From: an uncultured bacterium
GTDB taxonomy: Bacteria; Acidobacteriota; Thermoanaerobaculia; Multivoradales; JAHZIX01
Length of the DNA stretch: 64,000 nt
NCBI GenBank assembly: GCA_965368975.1
Contig: CBDUPA010000001.1
Span: forward strand, 1-64,000
Direction of reading: 5' to 3'
In this document: positions 61,618 to 64,000 of the stretch, piece after piece
Numbering within the stretch: position 1 is the stretch's first letter
Layout: the number at the start of each line of letters is the position of its first letter
The notes under the pieces: model-generated
What the model was told of the DNA's origin: nothing
Databases searched by the model: none
The model's input: only the letters and a program-made list of their open reading frames with translations
Translations under genes and position numbers: made by a program

Positions 61618-61917
61618 TCAGGCGTAGTACTTACACACGCAGGTTTCCTCGCCCTCGTCCCCCTCGCACACGCCGGTCGACCAGCCTTCGGCCTCGCAGC
61701 TCTCGATACACGTGGCCTCGACGCAGCCTTCTCCGGTCGCGGCCCAGAAGAGTTGAGCCTCTCCTTGCTGCGGGCAGATCAAGGTTTCCGAGGGTGTCAC
61801 GTCGTCGAGTGTGACGTCTGGTGCCTCGGTGGTAGGAACAGTGCCCATCGGTGCCGCGGCCAGGACGACCAGGGACAGCGCGGTCAAGCTCAAGATCGAT
61901 ACAAGTTTCTTCATCAT
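61618..61917 (-). CDS. Secreted cysteine-rich peptide with CS-alpha-beta defensin-like spacing
   Basis: GAGGAGGAG RBS; signal peptide MMKKLVSILSLTALSLVVLAAA; acidic pro-region; C-x4-C-x3-C-x7-GxC-x8-C-x-C. Confidence 0.8.
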   Translation of the reverse strand: MMKKLVSILSLTALSLVVLAAAPMGTVPTTEAPDVTLDDVTPSETLICPQQGEAQLFWAATGEGCVEATCIESCEAEGWSTGVCEGDEGEETCVCKYYA

Positions 61918-61924
61918 CTCCTCC

Positions 61925-62824
61925 TCACAGCAGAATGGTTGGATGTAGCGAATTGCTAGGCGTAGTGTACCGTCCCCCAAAACCCGCCGCTCCCACCCCG
62001 ACCCGCCCCGGCAACCACTTCGACGCCACTTCGACCATCGCGTCGCGATAGGCCAGTGATGTCGATCCCGGCTGGACGGCTTCCATCACCACGGGCAGCC
62101 GCGTGCGTCGTGTCCGTCCGCCGTCTGGGCTGCCGTCGCCGCCGATGAAGTGATCCAGCACCACGGCGTTGGCACACTCGGCAATGCGGCCGAAGAAGGC
62201 ATCCGGATCGTCGATCGGCAAGAGTGGTGAGACGGTCACGACGGTGCGAATGCCTTCGTCCTTCAGTTGTCGCGCCGCCTCGAAGCGCATCTCGACCGGG
62301 CATCCAGGCTTGGGCAGGCCGGGCAGGGTATCGCGGTCGCTCTCGATCGACAGGTGGACGCGAAGCCGGCAGCGCTCCCGTAGCCGGGGTAGCAGATCCA
62401 GCACGTCGAGCACGCGGTGGCTGTGCGTTTGCAGCACCAACTCGTCCGGCGGTTCTTCGAGCATCGCCTCGAGCACGCGCCGTGTCACCCGGAACTTGCG
62501 TTCCTGCGGCAGGAACGGCTCGGTGGAGCTCGACAGAAAGATGCTGAAGGCGCCTCGGTGCTTGCGTGCCCAGCGGCGTTCCCTTTCGACATTCGCCAGG
62601 TAGGAGGCGTCCACGTTGGTGCGCACTTCCAAGAACGAGCCCCAGGCTCGGCCGCGCGTCACGTGGCCGTTGTGGCGCACATAGCAAGCGACGCCGCACA
62701 AGGAGTTACCCAGCGTGCAACCGCGGTACGGCTGCAGGGAATGCGAAGTGACGCCGCTCAGATAGCCACTGGTGCGGGTAAGGACGTTCTTGACCGTCGT
62801 GTGCGAGATCTGGACGGATGCCAT
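61925..62824 (-). CDS. Radical SAM protein, spore-photoproduct-lyase-like clade
   Basis: SLQPYRGC...C...CYV, IFLSSSTEPFLPQE....TR.VLE, LQTHS, SIESD, VSPLLP. Confidence 0.8.
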   Translation of the reverse strand: MASVQISHTTVKNVLTRTSGYLSGVTSHSLQPYRGCTLGNSLCGVACYVRHNGHVTRGRAWGSFLEVRTNVDASYLANVERERRWARKHRGAFSIFLSSSTEPFLPQERKFRVTRRVLEAMLEEPPDELVLQTHSHRVLDVLDLLPRLRERCRLRVHLSIESDRDTLPGLPKPGCPVEMRFEAARQLKDEGIRTVVTVSPLLPIDDPDAFFGRIAECANAVVLDHFIGGDGSPDGGRTRRTRLPVVMEAVQPGSTSLAYRDAMVEVASKWLPGRVGVGAAGFGGRYTTPSNSLHPTILL

Positions 62825-62866
62825 GGGTGTATCCTAATGGCCCTCGAAACACTCTAGGAGATCTCG

Positions 62867-64000
62867 ATGTCGCTACGCTCCTTCCGTTCCATCATCGTCT
62901 CGCTTCTCATCCTCGGACTCTGGCTCCCAGGTGCACCGGGTCTGGCCGAAGCACCTGCAGACGCCGACGACGAGCTGACCGCCGCGCTTGGGCGCATGGC
63001 GCGCATCCGTGCCTGCACTTCGCCGTCCTTCTCGTCGGACGGCAAGCGTCTCGCCTTCGTTTCTGACATGACCGGGGTACCGCAGGTGTGGGTGATGGAC
63101 GCGGAGGGTGGCTGGCCTCGGTTGGTCACGGATCTGGACGACCAGGTCGGTGGGGTGTCGTGGTCGCCGGGAGCGGACGTCCTGACCTTTTCGATGGCGC
63201 CCGGTGGGGGCTTGAACTCGCAGGTCTACCTGGTGCACCCGGACGGTAGTGGCCTGCGGCGTATCACCGACGGCGGTAATACCAGCAACTCGGTCGGTGG
63301 TTGGAGCCATGACGGCAAGAAGCTCACGCTCTCCTCCAATCGCGAGAATCCGCAGGCGTTCCGCGCTTACGTCTACGATCTGGAGACGGGGACGACCTCG
63401 CCGATGGCCCAGGATGTTGGTGCCTTCTACGAGTTTGCGTCCGACCTCAGCCGTGATGGGCAGCGGGCGATCCTCTGGCGCACGGCCAAGCGGGGCGACA
63501 ACGACCTGGTGCTGGTCGAAGGGGAGCAAGAACTCGTTCTGACGCCGCACGAACCACCCGGGGACTTCAGCGGCGGCCGCTTCTCGCCGGACGGTGACAG
63601 CGTCTATATGAGTTCCAACAAGGACCGCGACCGCACCGCCTTCGCCCGCGTTCGCTTGCGGCGTGACGAGGACGGGACGACAGCCGCCGGGCCGATCGAG
63701 GTGCTGGCGGCACGCGACGATGCCGAGTTGCAGGGCTTCGAGCTCGATGATGCCGGTACCGTCGCGGTGCTGCATTGGAACGTTGCTGGCCGCTCAGAGT
63801 TGGAACTCTACGATCTGGTCCACGATATGCGCAGGCCGGGACCGCAGCTGGAGCCGGACACGGTGAGCAGCCTGACCTTTTCGCCTGATGGCCGGCGACT
63901 GGCCTTCGTCGGTTCCGGTTCGGTACACCCGCGCAACCTATGGACGTGGTCGCTGGCGAGGTCGTCTGGCCAGGCGGACGGCCGGCAGTTCAGCCGAGCC
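62867..64000 (+). CDS. Secreted beta-propeller protein, probably the N-terminus of an S9 (prolyl oligopeptidase-like) peptidase; runs off the window
   Basis: AGGAG RBS; signal peptide MSLRSFRSIIVSLLILGLWLPGAPGLA; PSFSSDGKRLAFVSDMTGVPQVW; WSPG, WSHDG and FSPDG blades. The catalytic domain is not visible. Confidence 0.75.
   Translation, partial: MSLRSFRSIIVSLLILGLWLPGAPGLAEAPADADDELTAALGRMARIRACTSPSFSSDGKRLAFVSDMTGVPQVWVMDAEGGWPRLVTDLDDQVGGVSWSPGADVLTFSMAPGGGLNSQVYLVHPDGSGLRRITDGGNTSNSVGGWSHDGKKLTLSSNRENPQAFRAYVYDLETGTTSPMAQDVGAFYEFASDLSRDGQRAILWRTAKRGDNDLVLVEGEQELVLTPHEPPGDFSGGRFSPDGDSVYMSSNKDRDRTAFARVRLRRDEDGTTAAGPIEVLAARDDAELQGFELDDAGTVAVLHWNVAGRSELELYDLVHDMRRPGPQLEPDTVSSLTFSPDGRRLAFVGSGSVHPRNLWTWSLARSSGQADGRQFSRA

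Noticed and set aside
61938-61967. CATCCAAC upstream of the defensin-like gene, resembling the ECF -10 block
   Set aside because: No matching -35 block at the required spacing.

Overview
GC-rich bacterial chromosomal window. Gene content suggests Acidobacteriota, Thermoanaerobaculia-like (inference). From left to right: (1) a FecIRA-type cell-surface signalling locus (STN-domain TonB-dependent receptor, FecR, ECF sigma) split by an oppositely oriented Ser/Thr kinase-TPR gene. The receptor and sigma genes share an identically spaced upstream motif, CGAAGGATCC-N11-GCATCYAAC-N6-ACTGGC. (2) Housekeeping genes: ygfA-like, tRNA-Ala, a PLP aldolase/dehydratase, YihY, a beta-CASP nuclease, DUF883, a phosphoesterase, an M16 protease pair, lspA, ade, a site-2 protease, thiS, tRNA-Lys, tRNA-Leu, tig-clpP-clpX-lon-engB-rho, an mqnA-like gene and a methyltransferase. 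(3) An orphan ABC solute-binding protein, DUF2237 and an orphan 61-aa lanthipeptide-type precursor, then ccmABC. (4) A HEAT/cyclophilin protein, a SigW-like ECF cluster and bioY. (5) A stand-alone 17 kb NRPS-PKS gene (C-A-T-C-A-T-KS-AT-T-C-A-T-C-A-T) with neither a loading module nor a release domain. (6) A secreted, strongly anionic CS-alpha-beta defensin-like peptide just downstream of a radical SAM gene with a non-canonical Cys motif, then a partial S9-type peptidase. No CRISPR array, rRNA or mobile element was found. All calls come from manual motif reading; no database searches were run.
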